Source: an uncultured Gemmatimonadales bacterium (GTDB lineage Bacteria > Gemmatimonadota > Gemmatimonadetes > Longimicrobiales > RSA9). From it: a stretch of DNA of 64,000 nucleotides. This document shows, in pieces, positions 37,486-46,771 of this stretch. Positions within the stretch are counted from its first letter, which is position 1; every line of letters starts with the position of its first letter. The position numbers and the translations under genes were made by a program. The DNA is taken from positions 128,001-192,000 of the forward strand of contig CAWFKH010000001.1 of assembly GCA_963816355.1 (NCBI GenBank), in the 5' to 3' direction. The notes below the pieces were generated by a model. That model did not search any database and had not been told where the DNA came from. It saw only the letters and a program-made list of their open reading frames with translations.

Positions 37486-39918
37486 TCAACACGGCCAGGA
37501 GGACCGCGCCGGGGCCCCGCGCGCGGTGTCGGCTCCGGTCGTGTCGGGCCGCGTCGTGTCCGGCGGCGTGGGACGCGCACGCGTCGTGTCCGGCGGCGGC
37601 GGGCGCGCGCGCGCCGTGTCCGGCGGCGGGGCACGGCGGATCGAGTCGAGGCGCGCGCTGTCGCGCCGCGCGCGCGGCGCGGTGTCCGGGAGCGGCATCG
37701 ACGGCGCCGGTGCCCGCGGCAACGCGCTGTCGGCCCGCGGGTTGCGCGCCCGGTCGGCCGTGTCCCGCCCGGCGCCGAAGATCCGTCGTCTGAAGCGCTC
37801 CCACCAACCATCCTCGGCGGTGTCGGCTCCGAGCGTGTCGCCGTAGACGCCGAGCGTGTCGCCGTAGGCGCCGAAGGTGTCGCCGTAGGCGTAGCCGGGC
37901 CCGGTGCAGGTGGTGGAGAGCGGCGTGGTGCCACGGACGAAGTACTCCTCGTGCACGGGGCCGTACGCCGGGCAGCCCTCGCCGACGACATCGCCCAGCG
38001 TGTCCACGGCGAGCGTCGTCACGCCGGGCGGCGGCGACCACGTGCTGCCGCCGGCGCCGATGCGGCGCATCACGCGGCCCCACACGGGCGCCGCGAGGGC
38101 GCCGCCCGTGGCACCGGGGACGATGGTGGCGGGGTCGTCGAGTCCGATCCAGATGCCGGCGACGAGGCGCGGCGTGTAGCCGACGAACCAGGCGTCGGTG
38201 CCGTCGTTCGTGGTGCCGGTCTTCCCCGCCGCGGCGCCGCGGTAGCCGGTCGCGCGGACGGCGGTGGCGGTACCGCGGTCGACGACGTCCTGCAGCATCG
38301 TAGTGAGGACGAACGCCACGGCGGGGTCGAGCACCGGATCGCGGCGCACCGGCTCCTGCCAGACGAGGCTGCCGTCGGGCCCCTCGACGCGGTCGACGAA
38401 GCGCGGCTCGGGGCGGTCGCCGAGGCTCGCGAACGCGGCGTAGGCGGCGACGAGCTGCAGGAGCGGCACGCCGATCGAGCCGAGCGCAACGGAGGGGTAG
38501 GGCGGCAGCCGCTCGTCGATGCCGAGCGAATGGGCGGTGCCGATGACGTCCTCCAACCCCACGCGCTCGGCGATGCGCACGGTGGCGACGTTCTTCGAGT
38601 GCACGAGCGCCTCGCGCATAGGGATGCGGCCGGAATACACGTTCCCGTAGTTCCTGGGCGCCCAGACGCTGTTGCCCACGCGCAGGCTCAGGGGCGTGTC
38701 CTCGACAGCGAGCGTGGGGGGGTAGCCGCGCGCGAGCGCGGCGGCGTAGACGAACGGCTTGAAAGCGCTGCCCACCTGCCGCCGCGCCTGCAGCGCGCGG
38801 TCGTATTCGGACTGGTCGAAGTCGCGGCCGCCGACGAGCGCGAGGACGCCGCCGTCGCCGGCGTCCAGGACGACGATCGAGCCCTGCAGGTACGGCGTTG
38901 AGCCGGAGCCGACGCTGTCCGCATCGGCATCGTAGCGGGCGTGCGCGTATCGTCCGTAGCGGCCTGCCTCGATCGCGTCCAGCTGCCGCTTCAGCTCCTG
39001 CTCTGCAACGCGCTGGATGTCCAGGTCGAGCGTCGTGTGGATGCGGTAGCCGCCGGTGTAGAGCGCGTCGCCGAACCGATCCTCGAGCCGCTGGCGCACG
39101 GCGTCCATGAAATACGGCGCCGCTTCTTCCCGCGCCGTGCGGCGGCGCGCCAGCTTGAGGTCCTCGTCGCGCGCGGCGCGGGCGCGCTCCCGCGAAATCA
39201 TCCCCTGCGACGCCATCTTCTGCAGCACGAGGTCGCGCCGCTCGCGCGCGCCGTCCGGGTTGCGGCGCGGGTTGTACCTCGCCGGCGCCACCGGCAACGC
39301 CGCCAGCAGCGCCGCCTGCGCGAGCGTGAGCTGCGACGCGGGCTCGCCGAAGTACGCCTCCGCCGCCGCCTCGATCCCCCACGCCCCCGCGCCGAAGTAG
39401 ATCTGGTTCAGGTACATCCCGAGGATCTCGCGCTTGTCGTAGCGATCCTCGATCTGCTGCGCGACGCGCATCTCGCCCAGCTTGCGCCAGATCGTGCGCT
39501 GCGACGCCGGCAGCTTCTCGGGAAAGACGTTGCGCGCGAGCTGCATCGTGATCGTGCTGAAGCCCTGCTCGACGCCACCCGCCTTCAGGTTCGCGAGGAT
39601 CGCGCCCGGCACCCGGCGCCAGTCGACGCCGTGATGCTGCCAGAAGCGCTGATCCTCGATGGCGACGAACGCCTGCGACACGTACCGGGGCAGCGAGTCG
39701 AGCGGCACCACGACGCGCTCGATCCTGTACAGCTTGCCCACCTCGCGGTCCTTCCGGTCGAGCACCACCGACGCCTGGTCGGGAACGTAGCCCGCCAGAG
39801 ATCCCACGTCCGGACAGCCCCGCAGGCCGCAGCGGAACCAGAGGAAGGCGGCCGCCGCCAGCAGCAGGACCACCAGCAGCAGAACGGCCTTCAGCATGCC
39901 GGATCGTGTGACGCGCAT
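37486..39918 (-). CDS. class A penicillin-binding protein (PBP1A family) with repetitive C-terminal tail
   Basis: EDQRFW.HHGVD, GFSTITMQLARN, YLNQIYFG; transpeptidase SAFK, SKN and KTG motifs. Confidence 0.94.
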   Translation of the reverse strand: MRVTRSGMLKAVLLLVVLLLAAAAFLWFRCGLRGCPDVGSLAGYVPDQASVVLDRKDREVGKLYRIERVVVPLDSLPRYVSQAFVAIEDQRFWQHHGVDWRRVPGAILANLKAGGVEQGFSTITMQLARNVFPEKLPASQRTIWRKLGEMRVAQQIEDRYDKREILGMYLNQIYFGAGAWGIEAAAEAYFGEPASQLTLAQAALLAALPVAPARYNPRRNPDGARERRDLVLQKMASQGMISRERARAARDEDLKLARRRTAREEAAPYFMDAVRQRLEDRFGDALYTGGYRIHTTLDLDIQRVAEQELKRQLDAIEAGRYGRYAHARYDADADSVGSGSTPYLQGSIVVLDAGDGGVLALVGGRDFDQSEYDRALQARRQVGSAFKPFVYAAALARGYPPTLAVEDTPLSLRVGNSVWAPRNYGNVYSGRIPMREALVHSKNVATVRIAERVGLEDVIGTAHSLGIDERLPPYPSVALGSIGVPLLQLVAAYAAFASLGDRPEPRFVDRVEGPDGSLVWQEPVRRDPVLDPAVAFVLTTMLQDVVDRGTATAVRATGYRGAAAGKTGTTNDGTDAWFVGYTPRLVAGIWIGLDDPATIVPGATGGALAAPVWGRVMRRIGAGGSTWSPPPGVTTLAVDTLGDVVGEGCPAYGPVHEEYFVRGTTPLSTTCTGPGYAYGDTFGAYGDTLGVYGDTLGADTAEDGWWERFRRRIFGAGRDTADRARNPRADSALPRAPAPSMPLPDTAPRARRDSARLDSIRRAPPPDTARARPPPPDTTRARPTPPDTTRPDTTGADTARGAPARSSWPC

Positions 39919-40086
39919 CGCCCTTCCCGGTCGGCGTTCGGTGTGAGCCTCCTCCGCGCTCGGAAGGGGCAAGTCCGGGGCCACGCCGGCCGCCTCCGCG
40001 CCGCACCCGATCCGGCGCCGGCGCACCGCCCGCGCCTCGCTTTCCGCCCCCTCGGCCGCCGGCGGCCGCCGCGCCGGGAGCGCCGG

Positions 40087-40116
40087 TTGACCGCGCGACG
40101 CAGCGCGGGGTATCAT
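40087..40116 (+). promoter_or_regulatory. putative sigma70 promoter of the paa-like operon
   Basis: TTGACC-N18-TATCAT. Confidence 0.5.
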
Positions 40117-40148
40117 GGCTCGAACGAGCGTTCGAACCGGGAGACGCC

Positions 40149-41096
40149 ATGGCGCGGATGAGTGAAGACGAGCTGAAGCGGAAGGTGCAGGACGGTTACG
40201 TCCTCGAGTCGCCGGACGAGATGACCGAGGGCTACCGTGCGGCGCTGATGGTCCAGCTCATGGTGCAGGGGGACACCGAATTGATGAGCGCGCCGGCGTA
40301 CTGGGGCGCCGCGCAGGACGCGCCCTCGACGAACACGATGGTGTCGGCGGTCGCGATCATCCAGGACGAGATGGCGCACGCGAACATCGCGTATCGCATC
40401 CTGGAGGACATGGGCGTCGACAAGGAGTGGCTGGTGTACGGCCGCGAACCGCACGAGTTCAAGCACCCCTACGGTTTCGACCAGCCGCTGGAGAACTGGG
40501 CGGAGCTGGTGGTGGCGAACGGCTTCTTCGACCGCGCCGGGATCACGCTGCTCTCGGACGTCTACCGCAACACGAGCTACGGTCCACTGAAGCGGGCGCT
40601 CGTGAAGGTGGACCTGGAGGAGACGTTCCACCTCCGCCACGGCGAGGTGTGGATGAAGCGCCTGTGCCAGGCGGGCGGGGAGGCGAAGGAGCGCGTGCAG
40701 CGGGCGGTCGACTGGATGTTCCCGATGACGGTCGAGTGGTTCGGCCTGCCGGACGCGATGAAGCGCCACAGCGGCCAGCTCGAGTACCGGCTGAAGGGAA
40801 TGACGAACGACGAGCTGCGCCAGGCGTGGCTCTCGGCGACCGTGCCGCTCTGCGAGTCGCTCGACCTGCGCGCGCCCGCGCACCACGACGCCGCGACCGA
40901 CGCCTACGTGCTCGACTTCCCCTTTCCCTGCGAATACGACGCGGCGTCCAAGCGGTGGGACTTCGAGGGCGGCGAGATCACGTGGGACCAGGTGTTCGAG
41001 CGCTGGAAGCGGCGCGGCCCGATGAACGAGAGCTACGTCGAGTCCGTGCGGCGCAGCCACGGCTCCGTGCGCGAGCTGATGCAGGCGGTCGCGTGA
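40149..41096 (+). CDS. paaA: PaaA-like diiron (phenylacetyl-CoA epoxidase-type) catalytic subunit
   Basis: DTE, QDEMAH, FFDRAG, SYGPL and EETFH diiron ligand pattern. Confidence 0.85.
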   Translation: MARMSEDELKRKVQDGYVLESPDEMTEGYRAALMVQLMVQGDTELMSAPAYWGAAQDAPSTNTMVSAVAIIQDEMAHANIAYRILEDMGVDKEWLVYGREPHEFKHPYGFDQPLENWAELVVANGFFDRAGITLLSDVYRNTSYGPLKRALVKVDLEETFHLRHGEVWMKRLCQAGGEAKERVQRAVDWMFPMTVEWFGLPDAMKRHSGQLEYRLKGMTNDELRQAWLSATVPLCESLDLRAPAHHDAATDAYVLDFPFPCEYDAASKRWDFEGGEITWDQVFERWKRRGPMNESYVESVRRSHGSVRELMQAVA

Positions 41097-41590
41097 AGCT
41101 GCCGGTGCTGCCGACGACGCCGGCCGAGCGCATCCGCCGCGCGGCGCGGGACACGCGGCGGGGCGGCGTCCTGGCCGCAGACGGCGGCTGGTCCGCCGGT
41201 GGCGAGGGGGAAGACGCCGCGCGCGCGGCGTCGGGCGCGTCCGGCGAAGCGTCCGCGGGCGCCGCTCCGGTCGCCGTCGCCTATCCGGCGACGCCGCTGT
41301 GGAACGCATTGCGCGACGTGATGGACCCGGAGCTGCCGGTGAGCGTGGTGGACCTGGGCCTGATCGTGGACGTGCGGCGGCGCGAAGGCACGGTCGAGGT
41401 GGACCTCACCTACACGGCGATGGCGTGCCCTTGCGCGGCCTTCATCCGCGACGACGTGCGGGAGCGGCTGCTGCGTGAGCCGGACGTGGAGAGGGTCGAG
41501 GTGAACGAGGTGTGGGAGCCCGCGTGGACGACGGCGCGGATCAGCGTCGCGGGCCGCGCATCGCTGCGGCGCTGCGGCGTCGCGGCATGA
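41093..41590 (+). CDS. paaD: DUF59 / PaaD N-terminal-type metal-sulfur cluster assembly factor
   Basis: LRDVMDPELPVSVVDLGLI, TAMACP and WEPAWT motifs; GTGA overlap with paaA. Confidence 0.82.
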   Translation: MKLPVLPTTPAERIRRAARDTRRGGVLAADGGWSAGGEGEDAARAASGASGEASAGAAPVAVAYPATPLWNALRDVMDPELPVSVVDLGLIVDVRRREGTVEVDLTYTAMACPCAAFIRDDVRERLLREPDVERVEVNEVWEPAWTTARISVAGRASLRRCGVAA

Positions 41591-41622
41591 GCCGGCTCCG
41601 AGCCGGGCGGAGAGGAACGCAC

Positions 41623-41823
41623 ATGGTCTACGAGGTCTTCGCGCGCAAGAACCGGGGCGAGCCGCTGCGCCACATCGGCAATCTGAACGCCCCCGACGAC
41701 GCGCTCGCGAAAGTGTACGCGTACAACACGTACGACGAGGAGCGCTGGTTCGACATGTGGGTCGTCGCCCGAGATCGGCTGGTCGAGGTCTTCAACGCCG
41801 ACCGCCTCGAGGAGGTCGGCTGA
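41623..41823 (+). CDS. paaB: PaaB-like small subunit
   Basis: YEVFAR…LRHIGNLNAPDDALA…WVVAR. Confidence 0.8.
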   Translation: MVYEVFARKNRGEPLRHIGNLNAPDDALAKVYAYNTYDEERWFDMWVVARDRLVEVFNADRLEEVG

Positions 41824-42617
41824 TGTCCACCGCCGCGAACGAGCTGCTGCCCGAGCCGGTCCGCGCCGACGTCCGCGACCTGCTCCTCGTGCTCGCCGAC
41901 AGCAAGCGCGTCCTCGGCATGCGCTACGCCGGCTGGATCCTCGGCGCGCCGGAGCTGGAGGCGGGGATCGCGTTCGCCTCCATGGCGCAGGACGAGTGGG
42001 GCCACGCCCGCCAGCTCTACGCGCTGCTCCGCGACTTCGGCGAGGAGGCCGACCGGCTCGAGCACGGCCGCGAGGCGGAGGAGTACGTCAGCACCGAGGC
42101 GCTCGCCCGCGAGCCCGCGGACTGGCCCGCGGCCGTCGCCGTGAACGCGCTCGTCGATGTCGCGCTGACCGTGCAGTTCGAGGCGCTCGCTGACTGCTGC
42201 TACCCGCCCCTGCGGCAGCGCGTCGAGAAGCTCCTCGACGAGGAGCGCTTCCACTCCGCGCACGGCGCCGCGTGGGTGCGCCGCCTGGCGGGAGGCGGCG
42301 AGGCGGCGAGCGTCGCGATGAGGACCGCCGCCGCGTGCACGCTGCCCGCCGTGCTGCGGTGGTTCGGGCCGGACTCCGAGCGCGCCGCGCGGCTGCGCGA
42401 GCACGGCGTGGCCGACGCCGCCGGAAGCGAGCTGCGCGCGCGCTACCTGCGGCGCGTGGGCGCACTCCTGGAGACGCTGGGCCTCGTTGGCACGCCCCCC
42501 GCCCCGGATTTCGACGACTTCGACGAGGCGCGGCGACAGCCGCCGGGCGCCACGCCCGACGCCGCGACGGTCGCGCGCATCCGCGGCGACCGCAACCGCG
42601 TCTTCCTGATGGACTGA
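41823..42617 (+). CDS. paaC: PaaC-like structural subunit
   Basis: LADSK.VLG.RY, APELE..IA..SMAQDEWGHAR and EERFH motifs; TGATG coupling. Confidence 0.83.
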   Translation: MSTAANELLPEPVRADVRDLLLVLADSKRVLGMRYAGWILGAPELEAGIAFASMAQDEWGHARQLYALLRDFGEEADRLEHGREAEEYVSTEALAREPADWPAAVAVNALVDVALTVQFEALADCCYPPLRQRVEKLLDEERFHSAHGAAWVRRLAGGGEAASVAMRTAAACTLPAVLRWFGPDSERAARLREHGVADAAGSELRARYLRRVGALLETLGLVGTPPAPDFDDFDEARRQPPGATPDAATVARIRGDRNRVFLMD

Positions 42618-42620
42618 CGC

Positions 42621-42875
42621 ATGGCGGACCGCAGCGAGGGCCACGCCGACTCCGCCGCCCGTCGCGCCGCCGACGACGCCGCCGCGGCGGCGCCGCGCAG
42701 GCAGCGCATCGGCCCTTCCGCCGCCGATTTCGGCCTGCCCGTCGCGCCGCAGTGCCCTTTCTGCGACGGCGCGCAAACCGAGCTGCACGCGCCGTTCGGG
42801 CCACAGCTCTCCGTGGCGACCTACTGGTGCCGCGCCTGCCATACCGCGTTCGAGTGGATCAAGTGGTCCCCGTGA
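42621..42875 (+). CDS. stand-alone PaaD C-terminal zinc-ribbon protein
   Basis: CPFC…TELHAPFG…YWCRACHTAFEWIK. Confidence 0.78.
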   Translation: MADRSEGHADSAARRAADDAAAAAPRRQRIGPSAADFGLPVAPQCPFCDGAQTELHAPFGPQLSVATYWCRACHTAFEWIKWSP

Positions 42876-43860
42876 TCTCCGCGACGAACCACGCGACAGT
42901 CTCCGGCAGGCCTTCCCTCAGCGGGCGCGGATCGTAGCCGATCTCGCGGCGCGACGTCTCCCAGGAGTGGAGCCAGCGCAGGCCGGCCGTGGTGTCGATG
43001 CTCTCGCGCGAGAGCGAGGATCTCCACCCGGTCAGACGCGCGAGGCGGTCCATGGTACGCGCGCCGAGCCGCGCCATGGACGTGGGAAGCCGCAGGCGCG
43101 GGAGCCGCTTCCCCGCGAGCGCCGCGATGCGGCTCGCGTATTCGTTCACCGTCGACGGCTCTCCCCCCAGCACGTACGTCTCGCCCACGCGGCCCGCCTC
43201 GCCGAGGCGGAGGAGGCCATCGGCGACGTCCTCGACGTGGACGTAGGAGAACGTGGCGGGATCGGCGAGCAGCCCGGGCAGGCGCCCCTTCAACAGGTCC
43301 CGGATGAAGCGGGCGCCCGGTCCGTGGTCGCCCGGGCCGTAGACGTAGGAGGGGCAAGCGATCACGAGCGGAAGGCCGGTCCCCTGCGCCTGCCGCGCGA
43401 GCTCGTGCGCGAGCGTCTTCGTGCGCTCGTAGGCGGAGCGGAACCGGCGGTCGCTCCGCGAGCCGGCGTCGCCGATCCCCTCGCCTACCGGGCCGAGTGC
43501 GACGGTGGTGGAGACGTAGACGGCGCGCGGCGTGCCGGCGTCCTCGAGCGCCGCGAGGACGGCGCGCGTGCCCTCGACGTTGGTGCGCTCGAGCGCGGCC
43601 GCATCGACGGCCGGGCCGAGGTCGTACAGCCCGGCGACGTGGTAGGCGAGGTCGACGTCATTCAGCGCGAGCGTGACGGTGTCGCGCTCGAGGAGGTCGC
43701 CGCGCACGATGTCGGCGCCGAGCGCCTCGAGTGCGGAGGCATCCGAGCCGGGACGGACGAGGCAGCGGAGCCGGTCGCCGCGCGCGGCGAGGCGGCGGGC
43801 GAGGCGCGAGCCGATGAAGCCGGTCGCGCCGGTCAGGAAAACGCCGCGCCGGTCGCTCAA
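42859..43860 (-). CDS. NAD-dependent epimerase/dehydratase (HpnA/dihydroflavonol reductase-like)
   Basis: TGATGFIG, NVEGT, YERTK, PSYVYGPGD and VHVEDVA motifs. Confidence 0.9.
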   Translation of the reverse strand: MSDRRGVFLTGATGFIGSRLARRLAARGDRLRCLVRPGSDASALEALGADIVRGDLLERDTVTLALNDVDLAYHVAGLYDLGPAVDAAALERTNVEGTRAVLAALEDAGTPRAVYVSTTVALGPVGEGIGDAGSRSDRRFRSAYERTKTLAHELARQAQGTGLPLVIACPSYVYGPGDHGPGARFIRDLLKGRLPGLLADPATFSYVHVEDVADGLLRLGEAGRVGETYVLGGEPSTVNEYASRIAALAGKRLPRLRLPTSMARLGARTMDRLARLTGWRSSLSRESIDTTAGLRWLHSWETSRREIGYDPRPLREGLPETVAWFVAEITGTT

Positions 43861-44189
43861 TCGGGGGCGGCGTACCAGCCGATCTCGATCGGGCGGTCGT
43901 CGCCGAGGCCGTCTTCGGCCGAAACGACGACGTCGAGCTCGCCGAAGGTGTCGAGGCGCTCCTGGGTGGGACGCCCGCCCGTGGTCGCGAAATCGCGGAT
44001 GGTGACGACGCGCTCGTCGCCGTCGGGCGCGATGACGCGGAGGGGGCGGCCTTTCCTGAGGGCGGACATCCGGGGGCTGCCCTCGACCACCTTGAGGCGG
44101 AGGAGCATGCCGCGCAGGGGTACCGCGACGGCGTCCGAGACGCGGAATCGCGGGCGGTCGCCCGCGTCGTTCTGGCTGGCTGCTGCCAT
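43857..44189 (-). CDS. hypothetical beta-barrel protein (110 aa)
   Basis: GGAG RBS; stop overlaps the epimerase TTG start; GC3-biased codons. Confidence 0.72.
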   Translation of the reverse strand: MAAASQNDAGDRPRFRVSDAVAVPLRGMLLRLKVVEGSPRMSALRKGRPLRVIAPDGDERVVTIRDFATTGGRPTQERLDTFGELDVVVSAEDGLGDDRPIEIGWYAAPD

Positions 44190-44244
44190 GGGTCTCCGGT
44201 TGAGGCTGGGGTCCGGAGCGAGCCGGGTGGATGCGTAGCGGCGC

Positions 44245-44273
44245 AGCGTACCATATCCTTGGGCGAGCGTCAA
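44245..44273 (-). promoter_or_regulatory. putative sigma70 promoter of the 44189 gene and the epimerase
   Basis: minus strand TTGACG-N17-TACGCT. Confidence 0.5.
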
Positions 44274-44324
44274 TCGTGGTCCGGCCCGTGTCGGCCGGCG
44301 AACTCGATCCCCGAAAGAGAATCG

Positions 44325-45803
44325 ATGGCGACGGATCCGCTGGGAATGGAGCCGGAGCGTATGCGGAAGCTGGGCTACCGCGTGGTGGACCGGCTGGTGG
44401 AGCGCTTGGCCGGGCTCGGCGACGAACCGACGTGGCGCTGGCGCGGCCGCAAGGCGTTGGCGGCGGACCTCCACGCGGCGCTCGGGGCGGGCCCTCCCGC
44501 TCGGGCGACCGACCCGGACGCGCTCCTGGATCTGCTCTTCGAGCGCGTCATGCCCTACGCGTCGCGCGTCGATCACCCCCGCTTCTTCGGCTACGTCCCC
44601 GGCTCGCCGACGTGGCCCGGAATCCTCGGCGACGCGCTCGCCGCCGGCTACAACGTCTTCGCCGGCACGTCGCAGGCCTCCTCCGGGCCGGGCACGCTCG
44701 AGCTCGAGGTGCTCGACTGGTTCCGCGAGTGGATCGGCTATCCGGCGACCGCGGAAGGCCTCCTCACCACCGGCGGCTCCGCCGCGAACCTCGGCGCGCT
44801 CGTCTGCGCCCGCGAGGCGCACGTCGCGCGGGACGGTGACGACGCGGCAGCCGAGCGCTTCGTCCTCTACGCCTCCGACCAGACGCACTCGTCCCTGATC
44901 CGCGCGGCCCGTATCGTGGGCGTGCCGGCGGCGCGCATGCGCACGGTCCCCACGAACGAAGGCCTGCGGCTGGACGTCGGAGCGCTGCAGGCCGCCGTGG
45001 AGGCGGACGCGGCGCGCGGGCTGCGGCCGTGGCTCGTCGCCGCGAACGGCGGCACGACGAGCACCGGCGCGGTCGATCCGCTGCCGGAGCTGGTCCCGCT
45101 CTGCGCCCGCCTGGGTCTGTGGCTTCACGTGGACGCGGCGTACGGCGGCTTCGCGGTCCTCACGGCCCGCGGCCGCGAGGCGCTCCGCGGCATCGAGCGC
45201 GCCGACTCCGTCGTGCTCGACCCGCACAAATGGCTCTACCAGCCGTTCGAGACCGGCTGCCTGCTGGTGCGCGAAGGGCGGCTCCTCTCGGATGCGTTCC
45301 ACATCATGCCGGACTACCTGCAGGACACCGCGGTCTCCGGTGGCGAGGTGAACTTCGCCGACCGCGGTCTGCAGCTCACCCGCATGGCGCGCGGCATCAA
45401 GGTGTGGCTGTCGCTGCACACGTTCGGTGTGCCCGCCTTCGCGGAGGCCGTCGAGCGCTCCCTCGACCTCGCGGCCCACGCCGCCGCGTGCATCGAGGCG
45501 CGTCCCGAGCTCGAGATGCTCTCGCCGCAGCAGCTCGGCATCGTCTGCTTCCGCCGCCATCCGGCCGGCACGGACGACGAGGCCGAGCTCGAGCGCATCA
45601 ACGCGGCGCTGGTCCGCGGCCTCGCCGCGAGCGGCCTCGGTCTGGTGTCCTCTACGCGCCTGCGCGGGCGCTACGCGCTGCGCGTGTGCGCCCTCAACCA
45701 CGGCTCGACCCGTGAGGATGTCGAGCGCGTGATCGCATGGCTCGCCGAAGCGGCGTTGGATGAGGGCGAAAACGGCCGCAACGCGCACGAGGCCGCGGGG
45801 TAG
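44325..45803 (+). CDS. group II PLP-dependent (aromatic-L-amino-acid) decarboxylase
   Basis: HPRFFGYVP, TGGSAANL, QTHSS, GTTSTGAVDP, HVDAAYGG and DPHKWL motifs. Confidence 0.92.
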   Translation: MATDPLGMEPERMRKLGYRVVDRLVERLAGLGDEPTWRWRGRKALAADLHAALGAGPPARATDPDALLDLLFERVMPYASRVDHPRFFGYVPGSPTWPGILGDALAAGYNVFAGTSQASSGPGTLELEVLDWFREWIGYPATAEGLLTTGGSAANLGALVCAREAHVARDGDDAAAERFVLYASDQTHSSLIRAARIVGVPAARMRTVPTNEGLRLDVGALQAAVEADAARGLRPWLVAANGGTTSTGAVDPLPELVPLCARLGLWLHVDAAYGGFAVLTARGREALRGIERADSVVLDPHKWLYQPFETGCLLVREGRLLSDAFHIMPDYLQDTAVSGGEVNFADRGLQLTRMARGIKVWLSLHTFGVPAFAEAVERSLDLAAHAAACIEARPELEMLSPQQLGIVCFRRHPAGTDDEAELERINAALVRGLAASGLGLVSSTRLRGRYALRVCALNHGSTREDVERVIAWLAEAALDEGENGRNAHEAAG

Positions 45804-45843
45804 TCAGTCGCGACGGGTCTCACGACAGCGAGGACGAACGGCG

Positions 45844-46122
45844 ATGGCGGAAGTGAGTTGTTCCCGGTGCGGCAAGACCGCGCCCGGCCTGGAGCGGGCG
45901 CCGCTCCGCAACGAGCTGGGCGAGCGGGTGCTGCAGTCGATCTGCGCCGCCTGCTGGGGCGAGTGGCTGCGCTACCAGACGGCCTTGATCAACCACCACG
46001 GGCTCGACGTGCGCGAGAAGGAAGCGCGCCAGTTCCTCACCACGAACATGGAGGCGTACCTCTTCCGCACCGGCGAGGCGCAGTCGATCGACACCTCGAA
46101 GCAGGGCGACATCAGCTGGTGA
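45844..46122 (+). CDS. YggX-like Fe(II)-trafficking / oxidative damage protection protein
   Basis: GLERAP…ELGERV..SIC..CW.EW..YQT.LINH.GL…ARQFL…MEAYLF. Confidence 0.85.
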   Translation: MAEVSCSRCGKTAPGLERAPLRNELGERVLQSICAACWGEWLRYQTALINHHGLDVREKEARQFLTTNMEAYLFRTGEAQSIDTSKQGDISW

Positions 46123-46624
46123 CCGTCGCGCCCGCCTCCTCCTCCTCGAACCGCTCCTCCCACCCGAGCGACGCGGCGACCAGCAGCGCGCCGAGCGTGA
46201 TCGAGACATCCGCCACGTTGAAGATCGGAAAGAGGAAGACGCCCAGATCGATCGGGCCGATGAAGTCGACGACGCCGCGCGTCCAGCGCACCCGGTCCAC
46301 GAGGTTGCCCGCCGCGCCGCCGGCGACCAGCGCGATGCCCGCGAGGCGGTACGGATCTCCCGGTCGCGCGCGGATGTAGAGCCAGCCGAGACCCACGAGC
46401 ACGCCCGCGCTCATCACCAGCAGCGCGCCGCCCCCGATGCCGCCCAGCTGGATGCCGAACGCGATGCCGGTGTTGAACGCGAGCGTGAGCGGAACGACGC
46501 CGTGCAGCATGTGCAGGGTCTCCCCCGGCACCAGCCCCTGCAGCGCCCATCGCTTCGTGACGATGTCGATGAAAAAGGTGGCGAGCGCCAACGTGACCGT
46601 CCGCACGTGTCGTCCTAACGGCAT
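46112..46624 (-). CDS. lspA: lipoprotein signal peptidase II
   Basis: D..TK, NTGIAFG, GGAAGNLVDR, GVVDFI and FPIFNVAD motifs. Confidence 0.93.
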   Translation of the reverse strand: MPLGRHVRTVTLALATFFIDIVTKRWALQGLVPGETLHMLHGVVPLTLAFNTGIAFGIQLGGIGGGALLVMSAGVLVGLGWLYIRARPGDPYRLAGIALVAGGAAGNLVDRVRWTRGVVDFIGPIDLGVFLFPIFNVADVSITLGALLVAASLGWEERFEEEEAGATVTS

Positions 46625-46771
46625 TGTCCCCTCGCGTCGATGGGCCGGTCTCGAAGATACACCGGCCGGGTCGGCCATGCTCCACGCGCTCCCGCGGCTG
46701 CGCACGCGCCATGCATGGATCGCCCGGTGCGGTGGCCGGCATGGCACTCCATTCGACCCGACGAGAGGACG

